A stretch of 32,000 nucleotides of DNA from Psychrobacter cryohalolentis K5 (GCF_000013905.1 NC_007969.1:1440001-1472000); one strand, 5' to 3'; shown: positions 16,797 through 26,269, counted from the stretch's first letter. Translations and numbers: made by a program. Notes: generated from the sequence alone by a model not told the origin.

Positions 16797-17738
16797 TTAG
16801 CTGCGCATACTCGCTAGCATATGAGCAAGCTCATCACGCGCACCGATAAAGCCGTCAATGCCTTTTGGTAAAAGATCTTGAGTAATGGTATCTTGTTGAT
16901 AGGCGCTACTGAATTCTTCAGCGCTTAAGCTCACTCGTGTCATATCTGTCATGTCTATCGACATGCTTTCTGATAATTGACGTGTAACCTCGATATCCAT
17001 TGCTGCTAGCTCATCAATGAGGTCAGGTGCAATGGTCAGTAAATCACAGCCTGCCAGCGCCAATATCTGCTCAGTTGAGCGGAAACTTGCGCCCATTACC
17101 TGCGTTTTATAGCCATGCTGCTTGTAGTATTGATAAATGAGCTTAACCGATTGTACGCCCATGTCATCAGAGACAGGTATGTTTTGACGGTTTTGCTGGC
17201 GTTTTTGCCAATCCAAAATACGTCCAACAAAAGGGGATATCAAGGTTACACCAGCATCGGCACAAGCGATAGCTTGATGTTGCCCAAAGAGCAAGGTGAG
17301 ATTGCAGTGTATACCTTGAGTTTCAAGGTAGCGTGCCGCCTCAATACCTTGCCAAGTCGCTGCCATCTTAATCAACACACGCTCTGAGTCGATACCTGCT
17401 TTTTGATAGGCTTCCATGAATGCCAATGCCTTATCAATGGTCGCTTGTGTGTCATAGGACAAGCGAGCATCGACCTCAGTTGAGACACGTCCTTCAATTA
17501 AAGATAAAATATTACAGCCGATTTGAATGGTTAGCTCATCAATTACCGCATCGATATCATCTCGATGGCGGCTCATGGTTTCTGATAATACCGCTTCATT
17601 ATCAGGATGGATCAGTGCTTTGGTAATTAGACTTGGATTGGTGGTCGCATCGATAGGTTTTAGACGCTCAATGGCGGCAAGATCGCCTGTATCAGCGACA
17701 ATGGTAGTCATAGTGCGAAGCTGTTGTAATGCGCTCAT
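16797..17738 (-). CDS. tal: transaldolase (TalB type)
   Basis: 313-aa ORF with TTIVADTGD, DATTNPSL, RVSTEVDARLSYD, LIKMAATWQGI and ISPFVGRILDW. It is colinear with E. coli TalB. Confidence 0.93.
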   Translation of the reverse strand: MSALQQLRTMTTIVADTGDLAAIERLKPIDATTNPSLITKALIHPDNEAVLSETMSRHRDDIDAVIDELTIQIGCNILSLIEGRVSTEVDARLSYDTQATIDKALAFMEAYQKAGIDSERVLIKMAATWQGIEAARYLETQGIHCNLTLLFGQHQAIACADAGVTLISPFVGRILDWQKRQQNRQNIPVSDDMGVQSVKLIYQYYKQHGYKTQVMGASFRSTEQILALAGCDLLTIAPDLIDELAAMDIEVTRQLSESMSIDMTDMTRVSLSAEEFSSAYQQDTITQDLLPKGIDGFIGARDELAHMLASMRS

Positions 17739-18181
17739 CAGATATCCTTGGTATTATTCATTAATGGTGTTATTTTCTTATGGATGGTTGTGGTCTATTA
17801 TGGATAAAATCCTATGTCCGTTTAAACTGTAACATAGATTTAGGCACATGTTACCTGATAGTTTTAGCAGGCTAAGCCCGTATATCGCTTAACTATGCTA
17901 AGATTTATAGCGATTTGCCACTTTACGTTCATTTACGAATGGGCACTGTCCGTAGTTTTTGTTATAGTAGAGCCGGTCAGTGGTTGAGCTTTACGAATAC
18001 TACGAACTTTACTAAGAACATAGCGCTGCTTTAAAAAACCAATAATGATAAATTGGTGATATAAGAGCAAAAATATTTATGTTCTTTAAAAAGTCTTCAT
18101 GTCTTTTAACGAAGTATTTATGGTCATCATTGACAAGTATTTATACCTAACAGTAATAAAATCTAAAAAGGATGGGCGGTA

Positions 18182-19363
18182 ATGAGTGAGCAGTCACCAG
18201 AACAAAACAATGATAATCTAAACCAAACCACCGCAAGCATCAGTACTACCGCAACGGATAAAGAGTTTTTGAATACATTGCGCGGCAGTATCGATGCGGT
18301 AGACTGCGAAATTCAGACGCTGATTAACAATCGTGCCAAATTGGCTCAGCAAGTGGCGAGCGTGAAAAAGAACCACATTGCCAATGATTCTGCTGCTGAA
18401 AATGCCAACCCTATCTTTTACCGTCCAGAGCGTGAGGCGCAAGTGCTAAAAGCCGTCATGGAGCGTAATGAAGGACCTATCGCCGATGAAAAAATGGCAC
18501 GCTTGTTTCGAGAGATTATGTCGGTATGCCTTGATTTAGAAGCGCCGCAGCGCATTGCGTTTTTGGGTCCACTGGGCACTTTTACTCATGCGGCTGCCTT
18601 AAAGCACTTTGGTAAAGCGGCGGATACTGTACCGCTGAATACCATCACTGATGTGTTTCGTGAAGTCGAAGCGGGCACCGCAATGTATGGTGTCGTGCCC
18701 GTTGAAAACTCATCTGAAGGCGTAGTCAACCATACGCTAGATGGCTTTTTATCTTCTACACTAAAGATAATTGGTGAAGTCGAGCTGCCGATTCATCAAA
18801 ACTTTTTGGTCGCTGAACATACCAAACTTGATGGGTTAAGCCGTATTTACTCGCACCAGCAATCATTGGCGCAGTGTCGTCATTGGCTTGATGTGAATTA
18901 TCCCAATGTCGAGCGTGTTGCGGTATCGAGTAATGGTGAAGCGGCACGTCGCTTGAAGAATGAGTGGCATTCGGCAGCAATTGCGGGTGACGTGGCAGCA
19001 GCAGAATATGATTTGCATAAGCTATATTCAAATATCGAAGACAATCCAAGCAATACGACCCGTTTCTTGATTATTGGTCATGAAGCAATTGCACCATCAG
19101 GTCAAGATAAAACCTCGATTATGGTATCAGCGCATGACAAAGCGGGCGCTCTGATCGAAATCTTAAAACCTTTGTCGTATCATGGCGTGTCTATGACCAG
19201 CATTGAAACGCGCCCTGAGCGTCCTAATAAATGGGCTTACGTCTTCTTTATTGATATGAATGGGCACATTGAAGACCCAAATGTGAGCGCTGCTATCGCT
19301 GATATTCGCCCATTGGTCAAAGACTTACGTGTATTAGGCTCTTATCCAAAAGCGGTACTATAA
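18182..19363 (+). CDS. pheA: bifunctional chorismate mutase / prephenate dehydratase (P-protein)
   Basis: 393-aa ORF. It has an N-terminal CM_2 region (LRGSIDAVDCEIQTLINNRAKLA), a PDT domain (IAFLGPLGTFTHAAA, TRFLIIG) and a C-terminal ACT domain (IETRP...WAYVFFID). Confidence 0.92.
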   Translation: MSEQSPEQNNDNLNQTTASISTTATDKEFLNTLRGSIDAVDCEIQTLINNRAKLAQQVASVKKNHIANDSAAENANPIFYRPEREAQVLKAVMERNEGPIADEKMARLFREIMSVCLDLEAPQRIAFLGPLGTFTHAAALKHFGKAADTVPLNTITDVFREVEAGTAMYGVVPVENSSEGVVNHTLDGFLSSTLKIIGEVELPIHQNFLVAEHTKLDGLSRIYSHQQSLAQCRHWLDVNYPNVERVAVSSNGEAARRLKNEWHSAAIAGDVAAAEYDLHKLYSNIEDNPSNTTRFLIIGHEAIAPSGQDKTSIMVSAHDKAGALIEILKPLSYHGVSMTSIETRPERPNKWAYVFFIDMNGHIEDPNVSAAIADIRPLVKDLRVLGSYPKAVL

Positions 19364-19503
19364 ACTTACTGGTTTCTATGAGTCATTGTTTTATTAGTAT
19401 TGGCCGCAAGCGTTTATAAATTGCCTTGTCATAAATAGCGGTCACCAGTGACATTAATGGGCTTAGCCAATGATAGGTGCGTTATCACATCTAAGGATTA
19501 ATC

Positions 19504-20646
19504 ATGCAGTCTGCGCAATCGACAGAGTCAAATTTATTACCGCTCGTACCTGCTTACGAGAGTGTTTTGGCGTTGGCACCGTATCAAACTGGCAAGCCTA
19601 TTGAAGAGCTAACGCGAGAGTATGGCGTCTCAGATGTGGTAAAAATTGCCAGTAATGAGAATCCGATCGGCTGCTCACCGCACGTTACGCTAGCGATTAC
19701 TGAACAGCTAGGTCAGCTGTCACGTTATCCTGATGGCAATGGTTATTATCTAAAGCAAGCATTGGCTGATTTTAATGATGTCAATGCTGATCAGATTACT
19801 TTGGGCAATGGCTCTGATGATTTGCTCGATATCTTGGCGCGTAGTTTTGTAGGTGCAGATGATGCAATCGTTTATAGTCAGTATGCCTTTGTGGTCTATT
19901 CGATGCTCGCTAAAATGCAGGGTGCTATGGATATTGAAGTGCCTGCTCAGCGCTTTGGTCATGACCTAAAAGCCATGAGCCAAGCGGTTCAGGATAACTC
20001 TAATACCAAAATCGTCTTTATCGCCAATCCGAACAATCCAACCGGTACGCAGCTTGAACATGCTGAGCTGAGAGAGTTTGTCGCTAGTGTGCCAAGCTCA
20101 GTACTGGTGGTGTTAGATGAAGCTTATATTGAATATAGCCCTGAGAGCAATAATCGGGCGCTGTTAGATGAATTTGATAATGTGGTTATTGTTCGCACCT
20201 TTTCTAAAGCCTATGGGCTGGCAGGTCTGCGTGTTGGCTATGCGTTAAGCTCGGTAGCTGTGGCAGATTTACTCAATCGCATTCGTCAGCCATTTAATGT
20301 GAGCCGCATTGGACTGGCGGCAGCGGCAGCGGCACTTGCGGATCAAGACTTTATTGAAAAAACTCGTCTAATGAACAACGAGCAGATGCGCTGGTTAGAA
20401 AAACAGTTTGATGCACTGGGACTGGGCTTTATAAAGTCACATGCCAACTTTATTATGGTCGAAATCGAAGTTGAAATGGAAGATACGAACGCTGCTGTTA
20501 TTTATCAGGCATTGCTTGAGCAAGGCGTTATTGTGCGACAACTAGAGGTTTATGGTTTGCATAATTGGCTGCGTATTAGTGTAGGGGTCGCAGAAGATAA
20601 TATGCGTCTAATTGATACTTTGCGCTCTATTTTGACCGATGATTAA
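19504..20646 (+). CDS. hisC: histidinol-phosphate / aromatic aminotransferase (class II)
   Basis: 380-aa ORF with IASNENP, NPNNPTG and the PLP-lysine context RTFSKAYGLAGLRVGY. AAGGA RBS. Its position between pheA and tyrA-aroA matches the hisC2-type aromatic cluster of pseudomonads and relatives. Confidence 0.88.
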   Translation: MQSAQSTESNLLPLVPAYESVLALAPYQTGKPIEELTREYGVSDVVKIASNENPIGCSPHVTLAITEQLGQLSRYPDGNGYYLKQALADFNDVNADQITLGNGSDDLLDILARSFVGADDAIVYSQYAFVVYSMLAKMQGAMDIEVPAQRFGHDLKAMSQAVQDNSNTKIVFIANPNNPTGTQLEHAELREFVASVPSSVLVVLDEAYIEYSPESNNRALLDEFDNVVIVRTFSKAYGLAGLRVGYALSSVAVADLLNRIRQPFNVSRIGLAAAAAALADQDFIEKTRLMNNEQMRWLEKQFDALGLGFIKSHANFIMVEIEVEMEDTNAAVIYQALLEQGVIVRQLEVYGLHNWLRISVGVAEDNMRLIDTLRSILTDD

Positions 20647-20695
20647 ATCAATAACTAATAAGTAATTTAATAAGCCACCTAATAATTAAAACAAT

Positions 20696-23038
20696 ATGCA
20701 AAAAATAAATCACGCCGTAAATCTTCAAACAGCAACTAAACTGACTCCATCCTCTACGCAGCCGCTATTCCAGCAAGTATGTGTGATAGGTTTGGGTTTA
20801 ATTGGTGCAAGTCTTGCGCAAGCGATTAAAGACAATGGTTTAGCTGAGCGTATCGTTGCAGTCGATAGACACGAGCCAAGTCTAGAGGAAGCTATTCAAC
20901 ACGGTTTACTAGACGCTGGTAGCTCAGTACTTAATGACGTGATATCTGATAGTGACTTGATAGTGATTGCGGTGCCAGTACAAGCGGCACAAGCGGTATT
21001 TATAGATATCAAAAATGCAATGGATAGTGGTCTACTTGCTATTGATTGTATTATTACCGATGTATGCAGTACCAAAGTTAATATTATTGATGCTGCCAAG
21101 ACTGTGTTCGAGACATTGCCTGTCGGGCTTGTGCCTGCACATCCAATTGCTGGTGCCGAGAATTCAGGGTATCATGCTCGCCGCGCTACATTGTTTGTCA
21201 ATCATAGCGTTATTGTCTGTGAGCTCCCAACGACTAGCCATGTAGCAATTGCCAAATTAAGCCAGTTATGGGAAGCAGTGGGTGCAAGCGTCATGCCGAT
21301 GGATGCCGCTCATCATGATTCTATATTGGCACATACCAGTCATTTACCGCATTTGCTCGCCTTTAATTTGGTTGAACAGCTGGCAAGCCATGATGATAAT
21401 TTAGATATTTTCCGCTATGCTGCAGGTGGTTTTCGTGATTTTACCCGCATTGCTGCCAGCGACCCTAAAATGTGGCATGATATATTTTTTGCCAACCAAA
21501 ACGCGATTGTAAGCGCCCTTGATGAGTACAGCGGTTATTTAAATGATATTCGTCAGCTTATTATTGATAAAGATTCAACCGCCCTGATGGGACTTTTGGG
21601 CCGCGCGCAAGCCGCACGGCGACATTTTGGCCATATGTTAGCCAGCACCCCTTATACGGATACTTCTGCTATGTCAGCTTCTTATTATATCACCCCAAGC
21701 AACACCGTCTCTGGTACTATTGCCATTCCTGGGGATAAGTCTATCTCGCATCGTAGTATTATGCTCGGTAGCCTTGCTACTGGCGTAACTAAAGTGACTG
21801 GATTTTTGGAAGGGGAAGATGCGCTTGCCACTTTGCAAGCGTTTCGCGATATGGGCGTGACCATTGAAGGTCCTGATAATGGCAATTTAACCATTCATGG
21901 CGTTGGTATGAATGGCTTAAAGCCAAGCAAAACACCTTTATATATGGGCAATTCTGGCACCAGTATGCGTCTGCTTTCAGGCATCTTAGCAGCGCAAGCA
22001 TTTGATAGCGTATTGACGGGTGACACTAGCCTAAATAAGCGTCCAATGGAGCGTGTGGCAGCACCATTACGTGAGATGGGTGCGGTGATTCAAAGCACTG
22101 GTCAAAAAGGTACAGCGCCACTGAGTATTACTGGTCGAGATAGTGTTGGCAAACCTCTACAAGGGGTTGAATACGATATGCCAGTTGCTTCTGCACAGAT
22201 TAAATCTTGCTTATTGCTGGCTGGACTTTGGGCGGAAGGCACCACGACCGTTACTCAACCTGAAGTTAGCCGCGATCATACCGAGCGTATGCTTTCAGCT
22301 TTTGGTTATCCAGTCACTGTCGATGGCAATCGTATCAGTGTTGAAGGCGGCGGTGCGCTCACAGGCGGTAATATCGCAGTACCTGCTGATATCTCATCGG
22401 CAGCATTCTTTATGGTGGCTGCGGCCATCAGCCAGGGTAGCGAATTGACCTTAAAGCAAGTCGGTATCAATCCTACGCGTACCGGCATTATTGATATTCT
22501 TAAGCTGATGCAAGCGGATATCAGCTTAAGTAATGAGACTCATGTTGGCGGTGAGCCAGTAGCGGATATTACTATTCGAAGCTCAAACTTGGTCGGTATT
22601 GAAATACCAGAGTATCTAGTACCACTTGCCATTGACGAATTTCCTGTATTATTTATCGCAGCCAGCTGTGCCCAAGGCCGTACCGTTTTGACCGGTGCAA
22701 AAGAGCTGCGTGTCAAAGAATCAGATCGCATTGCAGTAATGGCAGAAGGCTTGCAGACATTAGGCGTTGACTGTACCGTTACTGAAGATGGTCTTATCAT
22801 TGAAGGTAAAGGGGTGGTAGGTCAGAGTAATGATGTGAATAATAGCCAATCGGTTTTTGGTGGTGGACATATTGTCTCGCATCATGACCACCGTATTGCT
22901 ATGAGTTTTGCGGTTGCCAGCTTACGCGCCTCTAAGCAGATTACCATTGAAGGCGTTGAAACCGTCAATACCAGCTTCCCAGGATTTGCAGAACTTGCCA
23001 ACCAAATTGGCATGTCTATTGACGTTGTGAGTGCTTAA
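20696..23038 (+). CDS. aroA: fused prephenate dehydrogenase / 3-phosphoshikimate 1-carboxyvinyltransferase (TyrA-AroA)
   Basis: 780-aa ORF. The N-terminal ~300 aa carry the Rossmann motif VCVIGLGLIGASLA and the HPIAG/SH.PH motifs of TyrA. The C-terminal ~440 aa carry EPSP synthase motifs PGDKSISHR, LYMGNSGTSMRLL, LNKRPM and KESDR. Confidence 0.92.
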   Translation: MQKINHAVNLQTATKLTPSSTQPLFQQVCVIGLGLIGASLAQAIKDNGLAERIVAVDRHEPSLEEAIQHGLLDAGSSVLNDVISDSDLIVIAVPVQAAQAVFIDIKNAMDSGLLAIDCIITDVCSTKVNIIDAAKTVFETLPVGLVPAHPIAGAENSGYHARRATLFVNHSVIVCELPTTSHVAIAKLSQLWEAVGASVMPMDAAHHDSILAHTSHLPHLLAFNLVEQLASHDDNLDIFRYAAGGFRDFTRIAASDPKMWHDIFFANQNAIVSALDEYSGYLNDIRQLIIDKDSTALMGLLGRAQAARRHFGHMLASTPYTDTSAMSASYYITPSNTVSGTIAIPGDKSISHRSIMLGSLATGVTKVTGFLEGEDALATLQAFRDMGVTIEGPDNGNLTIHGVGMNGLKPSKTPLYMGNSGTSMRLLSGILAAQAFDSVLTGDTSLNKRPMERVAAPLREMGAVIQSTGQKGTAPLSITGRDSVGKPLQGVEYDMPVASAQIKSCLLLAGLWAEGTTTVTQPEVSRDHTERMLSAFGYPVTVDGNRISVEGGGALTGGNIAVPADISSAAFFMVAAAISQGSELTLKQVGINPTRTGIIDILKLMQADISLSNETHVGGEPVADITIRSSNLVGIEIPEYLVPLAIDEFPVLFIAASCAQGRTVLTGAKELRVKESDRIAVMAEGLQTLGVDCTVTEDGLIIEGKGVVGQSNDVNNSQSVFGGGHIVSHHDHRIAMSFAVASLRASKQITIEGVETVNTSFPGFAELANQIGMSIDVVSA

Positions 23039-23125
23039 CGCAGTAACTTTAATTTGAGCCAATGATAATAGCTTAGCAATAAAATGAGCTATTAATTTTA
23101 TTATTTTAATTATGGTTTTCGGCAG

Positions 23126-23169
23126 CAATGAGTTGATACGATTTCTAGTATCAACTCATTGCTTTTTAC
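23126..23169 (+). terminator. Rho-independent terminator ending the aromatic cluster
   Basis: 15-bp stem GCAATGAGTTGATAC / GTATCAACTCATTGC (23126..23140 with 23149..23163), followed by TTTTT. Confidence 0.85.
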
Positions 23170-23272
23170 CTTTTATTCTATCTGTAGTGACCCTGTACTC
23201 TTAACACCAAATTACCATCAATGATAATAATTGGGTGAGGGTGCGCTTTGCTCTAAAAAGTTGTCCTATCTT

Positions 23273-24232
23273 ATGACTACCCAAAATGTCATCAAAAAAC
23301 CTGCTGCTCCCATTAAAACGACCAGACGTGGTATTGTCACCGCGCTGATAGCTTTTTCTATCTGGGGCGCTTTTCCTTTATACTTTAAGCAATTATCGGA
23401 CTATAATGCCACCGAAATCATTGGTCACCGCATTGTTTGGACCTTTGCTTGTCTTTTAGTTGTGCTAGTAGTGACCAAGCGCTGGCAGTGGATTGACACG
23501 CTAAAGAAAAACCCGAGGTGGATAGCCTATACCTTTGTGTCAGGTATTATCATCGCGATAAACTGGCTCACTTATGTATGGGCGGTCAATAACAACCAGA
23601 TTTTAGAGGCCAGTTTGGGGTACTTTATTGGACCACTGGTTGGCGTAGGGTTGTCGATGTTACTGTTCAAAGAGCGCCTGCGTACTTTGCAATGGGTTGC
23701 AATTGGTTTTGCGCTATTATCAGTCGTTATTCAAGTTGTCATGCTAGGTAGCCTGCCGTGGGTATCGTTAATATTGGCGTTTAGCTTTAGTACTTACGGC
23801 ACCATTCAGCGCCAAACCCCTCTGACAGCAGTCGATGCAATGTTTGTTGAGACAGCAATGCTATTGCCTATTTTTATCGCATGGTTCTGGCAGTCTGATG
23901 TGGCGAGTAGTAATATCAGCTTTTGGTTTACGCCTTCTATTTGGCTGCTTATGTTGGCAGGACCTATTACTCTGATACCGCTATTGATGTTTAACAAATC
24001 CACCAAGCTGGTCGCTTATAGTATCCTCAGTTTTATGAATTATCTGACGCCGACCTTTATTTTCTTCTTGGCGGTATTCTATTACAATGAGCCTTTTGAT
24101 TTACATCGTTTGGCAGTCTTTGGTTTAATTTGGCTGGGTCTGCTATTATTCAGTATCGATCTATGGCGTCATCGCCCAAGTAAGCAGCTAAAAGCAGCAC
24201 GCCTACGTGAAGAAGCATTAACGTCTAAATAA
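23273..24232 (+). CDS. rarD: RarD (EamA family) transporter
   Basis: Polytopic membrane ORF. G.V.A..AF..WG..PLYFK near the N-terminus is typical of RarD. The track start at 23231 is TTG; ATG 23273 (MTTQNVIKK...) is preferred. Confidence 0.8.
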   Translation: MTTQNVIKKPAAPIKTTRRGIVTALIAFSIWGAFPLYFKQLSDYNATEIIGHRIVWTFACLLVVLVVTKRWQWIDTLKKNPRWIAYTFVSGIIIAINWLTYVWAVNNNQILEASLGYFIGPLVGVGLSMLLFKERLRTLQWVAIGFALLSVVIQVVMLGSLPWVSLILAFSFSTYGTIQRQTPLTAVDAMFVETAMLLPIFIAWFWQSDVASSNISFWFTPSIWLLMLAGPITLIPLLMFNKSTKLVAYSILSFMNYLTPTFIFFLAVFYYNEPFDLHRLAVFGLIWLGLLLFSIDLWRHRPSKQLKAARLREEALTSK

Positions 24233-24282
24233 ATCATCAAATTAAAATAGATAGTAAAAATATCATTAACAAGGATGCTTGT

Positions 24283-24705
24283 ATGTTTCATACCCAGTCT
24301 GATGTCGTATTTGTAAAAGGCTTAAAAGTAGAGGCAGTGATTGGCGTTTATGAATGGGAGCGCGCCATTACACAGCCGTTATTAATAGACATCGCAATGG
24401 AAACTGATATCAGTCGTGCTGCGGTGTCAGATGATGTAAACGATGCGCTAAATTACAAAGAAGTTTGTGATGATGTCAGTGCGTGGTGCCAAGCTATTAA
24501 GGCTCAGTTACTTGAACATCTGGCTGGGCAAATCGCTGATAAATTGCTCGAAAAATATAGCTGCGATAAAATTTCCTTAAGTATTGCTAAGCCTACCGCT
24601 ATTCAACAAGCAGATGCAGTTGGTGTACAAATCACCCGCTATGCCAAAGCCGCATCTAGCGTATCTACCAATCAAGCTAATACTAGCTTGTCTGATGATG
24701 CATAA
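24283..24705 (+). CDS. folB: dihydroneopterin aldolase
   Basis: 140-aa ORF with VFVKGLKVEAVIGVYEWER...LNY..V, typical of FolB, plus a ~20-aa S/T/N-rich C-terminal tail. AAGGA RBS. Confidence 0.88.
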   Translation: MFHTQSDVVFVKGLKVEAVIGVYEWERAITQPLLIDIAMETDISRAAVSDDVNDALNYKEVCDDVSAWCQAIKAQLLEHLAGQIADKLLEKYSCDKISLSIAKPTAIQQADAVGVQITRYAKAASSVSTNQANTSLSDDA

Positions 24706-25216
24706 AGCCTTGGTTGATTTATTTGAATCACTGATAAGCTGCGATCCTGAAACGCTGCAAGCACAGCCTGTAAAAGCTGTGCTACTGGCCTTAGGTAGCA
24801 ACCATGATGCGCAGATACACTTACCGCGTGTCCGAGAGCGATTGACAAGTATTGGTGCTATAACACTCTCAACAGCCTTTCAAAATCCTGACTTCACTGC
24901 CACTATAGAATTACCAAAACCTGATTACACCAATCAGTGTATTTATTTGTCTTTGGCAAAGCCTGTAACCTTGCAGCAGCTACAACAATCTTTTAAACAG
25001 TTTGAGTGCGATTGTCAAAGACAGCGTTTAAAAGAACCATCCACAAGTATAAAACAAGTCACGATGGATATTGATATATTGCTTGTTAAATTGGATAAAG
25101 ATAATAGCCTAAGCAAAAATAATGATTCTGAATGGATAATAATGGCAAATCGCTATCCATTTAAAGCGCATGAGAGAGCAGGGATAAAAGAATTGGTAGC
25201 AGGGATAGATAGCTGA
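24695..25216 (+). CDS. folK: 2-amino-4-hydroxy-6-hydroxymethyldihydropteridine diphosphokinase-like (divergent HPPK)
   Basis: The frame contains ALGSN (HPPK N-terminal motif) and VTMDIDILLV (the DxD metal site). It sits immediately after folB. Tandem ATGs at 24695 and 24698 overlap the folB stop (24703..24705), so I prefer them to the track start at 24584, which would overlap folB by 122 nt. Confidence 0.65.
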   Translation: MMHKALVDLFESLISCDPETLQAQPVKAVLLALGSNHDAQIHLPRVRERLTSIGAITLSTAFQNPDFTATIELPKPDYTNQCIYLSLAKPVTLQQLQQSFKQFECDCQRQRLKEPSTSIKQVTMDIDILLVKLDKDNSLSKNNDSEWIIMANRYPFKAHERAGIKELVAGIDS

Positions 25217-25277
25217 CAGTTATAAAACGAAAAATCTAAGCTAAGCTTAATACTAAACTCAGCCCAAGAATAAAAAG

Positions 25278-26189
25278 TTATTGTGATTCAGCACCTATCT
25301 CATTCATGTTACTTTTGCCAATCACGTCCAGATCTTCTAAGCACAATTTGTCATATTCTTTTTTGCAAAAGTTAGGGTCGATTTTGCACATGGCAGTTTG
25401 TAGTTGATCTAAACGATTTTCTGATTGTTGAATGTGTTCAAGCATTTTAGCAAAGGCTTCAGCAACAGGGTCTTGTGACATGGGATCAATGCCATAAGCT
25501 TGAAAAGTGGTTTCGCGCGCTGTGTGATTCGTTGGTTTTTTATCTGCGGGGTTTTCGGTAGAAGCAGCTTGAACCGCTTTTTCTTGTTGATTGGCATCAT
25601 TGACTTTGGTCGTAATAGGGTTGCCTTTTTCGTCATGATGCTCTGATATCATACGCGCAGCATTACCGACCATGGTTGCGCCTGCTGGCACCGCTTTAAC
25701 CACGACAGCATTTGAGCCAATTTTAGCGCCTTTACCAACAGTGAATGGTCCTAATACTTTAGCACCGGCACCGACGATGACGCCATCTTCCAAAGTAGGG
25801 TGGCGTTTGCCATTATTCCAAGAAACGCCGCCAAGCGTGACGCCATGATAAAGGGTCACATCATTACCAATCTCTGCTGTCTCGCCAATGACGATACCCA
25901 TGCCATGGTCAATAAAAAACCGACGACCGATCTTAGCAGCAGGATGAATCTCGATACCAGTGATGATACGCGAGCCATAAGAAATCACTCGAGCCGCAAG
26001 CTTTTGCTCATTTTGCCAAAGACAATGCGCGCCGCGATGTAGAATAAGCGCGTGGATGCCAGGGTAAGTTAAGATTACCTCTAGACTATTACGCGCAGCA
26101 GGGTCGCGATTGAATACCGCATCGATATCTTCTTTTAGGTCTCTTTTGATGCGGACGAGCGATTTGAATAAAGCAGTTGGCAATGACAT
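25278..26189 (-). CDS. cysE: serine O-acetyltransferase with an extended C-terminal tail
   Basis: 303-aa ORF. N-terminus [27 protein letters not shown], then [31 protein letters not shown] and hexapeptide repeats up to about residue 180. The remaining ~120 aa are tail. AGGAC RBS. Confidence 0.9.
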   Translation of the reverse strand: MSLPTALFKSLVRIKRDLKEDIDAVFNRDPAARNSLEVILTYPGIHALILHRGAHCLWQNEQKLAARVISYGSRIITGIEIHPAAKIGRRFFIDHGMGIVIGETAEIGNDVTLYHGVTLGGVSWNNGKRHPTLEDGVIVGAGAKVLGPFTVGKGAKIGSNAVVVKAVPAGATMVGNAARMISEHHDEKGNPITTKVNDANQQEKAVQAASTENPADKKPTNHTARETTFQAYGIDPMSQDPVAEAFAKMLEHIQQSENRLDQLQTAMCKIDPNFCKKEYDKLCLEDLDVIGKSNMNEIGAESQ

Positions 26190-26269
26190 AAATCGTCCTA
26201 TCGTATTTTTGGTTACAATCTCTTTAGTTATAGCAGTTTTATAGCAAAAAATATAGCAATGTACTTTAA

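Noticed and set aside
17115-17832. Three plus-strand ORFs (90, 68 and 101 aa) opposite tal.
   Set aside because: Shadow ORFs antisense to the well-supported transaldolase gene. The last one only extends into the spacer by read-through.
18079-18150. 23-codon ORF MFFKKSSCLLTKYLWSSLTSIYT upstream of pheA, as a possible Phe leader peptide or attenuator.
   Set aside because: It has only two Phe codons (E. coli pheL has seven), and no terminator or antiterminator pair follows before the pheA RBS. This is insufficient for an attenuation call.
21015-22800. Several 60-101-aa ORFs on both strands inside tyrA-aroA.
   Set aside because: All are nested within the 780-aa ORF, whose motifs are unambiguous. 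Shadow ORFs.
23231-23272. TTG start extending RarD by 14 residues (MGEGALCSKKLSYL).
   Set aside because: Non-ATG start with no RBS. The ATG at 23273 gives a length and N-terminus typical of RarD. Either start remains possible.
24584-24694. Track start of the folK ORF, giving a 122-nt overlap with folB.
   Set aside because: The extra 37 residues are encoded out of frame within the folB C-terminal region and resemble no HPPK sequence. The ATGs at 24695 and 24698, overlapping the folB stop, are the usual coupled arrangement.
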